Positions 62,695 through 64,000 of a DNA stretch of 64,000 nucleotides are shown here, in pieces. Numbering within the stretch: the stretch's first letter is position 1; each line of letters opens with the position of its first letter. This DNA comes from Isurus oxyrinchus (lineage: Eukaryota). Position numbers and translations under genes: made by a program. The stretch covers positions 29,636,001 through 29,700,000 of the forward strand of contig JANJGN010000026.1 in NCBI GenBank assembly GCA_026770705.1. The letters are read 5' to 3'. The notes below the pieces were generated by a model. It ran no database searches and had not been told where the DNA came from. It saw only the letters and a list, made by a program, of their open reading frames with translations.

Positions 62695-63335
62695 CTATTA
62701 ATAGAGTCCAGGATAGTAGATGCTGTATTAACTGCTCTCTCCACCTGTCCTGCCACTTTCAATGATCTGTGCACAAATATACCCAAGTCTTTCTGCTCCT
62801 GCACTCCTTTCAAAATTGCACCCCTTATTTTATATTATCTATCGATGTTCTTTCAACCAAAATGCATCAACTCACACTTCACATTAAACTTCATCTGTCA
62901 CCTATCTGCCCACTCCAACAACTTGTCTGTGTCCTTTTGAAGTTCCACGCCATTCTCCTTGCAGTTTACAACACTCCCAAGCTTCGTATCATCCTCAAAC
63001 TTTCGAATTGTCCCTTGCACACCAAGATCTAAATCATTAATATATATCAGGAAAAGCAAGGCTCCCAATAGCGACCCCTGGGGAACTCCACTACAAATGT
63101 TCCTCCAGCCCGAAAGACATTCATTGACCATTACTCCCTGCTTCCTTTTTTTCAGCCAATGTTATGCCCACGTTGCCTCTGTCTCTTTTATTCCATGAGC
63201 AATAACGTTTCTCACAAGTTGGTTGTCAGGTGAATCCTAATAAAATACAAACAGAGACTTTGTGCAATGTGAAATTGTCACTTGCAGTATATATAGAGGC
63301 ACGGATATGTGCATTAATAAATGAAGCATCATATA

Positions 63336-63500
63336 AGACCCCCCTACCCCCACACCTTAAACCAGCTTATATTTCACCCCTCTCCTATTTTTACTTAGTT
63401 CTGTTGAAGGGTCATGAGGACTCGAAATGTCAACTTTGTTCTTTTCTGCCGATGCTGCCAGACCTGCTGAGTTTTTCCAGGTATTTCTGTTTTTGTTTTA
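63336..63500 (+). mobile_element. Penelope-like pseudo-LTR fragment with hammerhead motif at 63397-63435
   Basis: agttctgttgaagggtcatgaggactcgaaatgtcaact. Confidence 0.8.
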
Positions 63501-63975
63501 GTGCTAATTGGTACTAGGTCTAATATTATAAACAGCAGCAGGGTCAGGTGTAGTGATAACTGGGAAAGGACCAATTGCAACACAAATAGAGATATGGAGG
63601 ACTGCTGTAATAAATAAGGTAGGGCCCATTGTACTATTAACAATGACGGTCTCTAGTGCAACAGTAACTTAAGCAAAGTGTAGCCTAGCATTTACAGTTA
63701 CAAATGAGGGTGTGAAATACATTGAACCAGGGATGTATAGGAATTATTAAAACAGGGCCTTTATTGACATAAACTGAGGTAGTGCAGTGATTACTGAAAC
63801 AGGGCATGGTTTATTATCAACTGAGAAGGTCCTAGTACAATGATAACTGATACAGGGCTTTGATTGATATAAACTGAGACAGGGCCCAGTGAAGTGATTA
63901 CTTTTACAGAGCCGAGATTAATATCAACTGCGCAGGGACCAATGCAATGATTACTGATACAGGGTCTAGATTTAT
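63500..63975 (-). repeat. Third 27-bp array with an alternating (54-bp) higher-order pattern
   Basis: agtgcagtgattactgaaacagggc units alternate with ..ttatatcaactgagacagggcc units. Confidence 0.65.
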
Positions 63976-64000
63976 GTAAAAGCAGAAAATGCTGGAAAAA

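Larger units (their letters stand above)
61335..63220 (-). mobile_element. CR1 LINE 3' half interrupted by a Penelope-like element
   Basis: SGVPQGSLLGALLFLIYINDL, KFEDDTKLG, LFSMERRRLRGDLIEVFKI. Confidence 0.9.

Overview
Repeat-rich vertebrate genomic DNA, most likely a cartilaginous fish (inferred from the CR1/L2/RTE LINE, tRNA-SINE and Penelope repeat make-up), with two assembly gaps. The first ~19 kb is almost entirely decayed retroelements. From 19.6-37.4 kb lies a tandem cluster of three minus-strand, single-exon class A GPCRs of P2Y/LPAR-like type: one intact (19598-20590) and two disabled. All three have DQY in place of DRY (mutated to D*Y in one copy) and lack the TM3 cysteine. From 38.7-59.7 kb lies a field of at least 10 T-cell receptor alpha/delta-type V gene segments, recognised by ~46-bp leader exons, V exons and 23-bp-spacer RSSs. 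All are pseudogenes or fragments and occur in both orientations. They include an old mirror-image (inverted) three-gene cassette centred near 48.4 kb, with paralogous CCAAT promoters and CTCF-like motifs. This appears to be the decaying distal edge of a TCR alpha/delta V array. Several Penelope-like insertions carry minimal hammerhead-ribozyme motifs with a variant core, one of them inside a near-perfect ~66-bp hairpin. All calls were made by eye, with no database searches.
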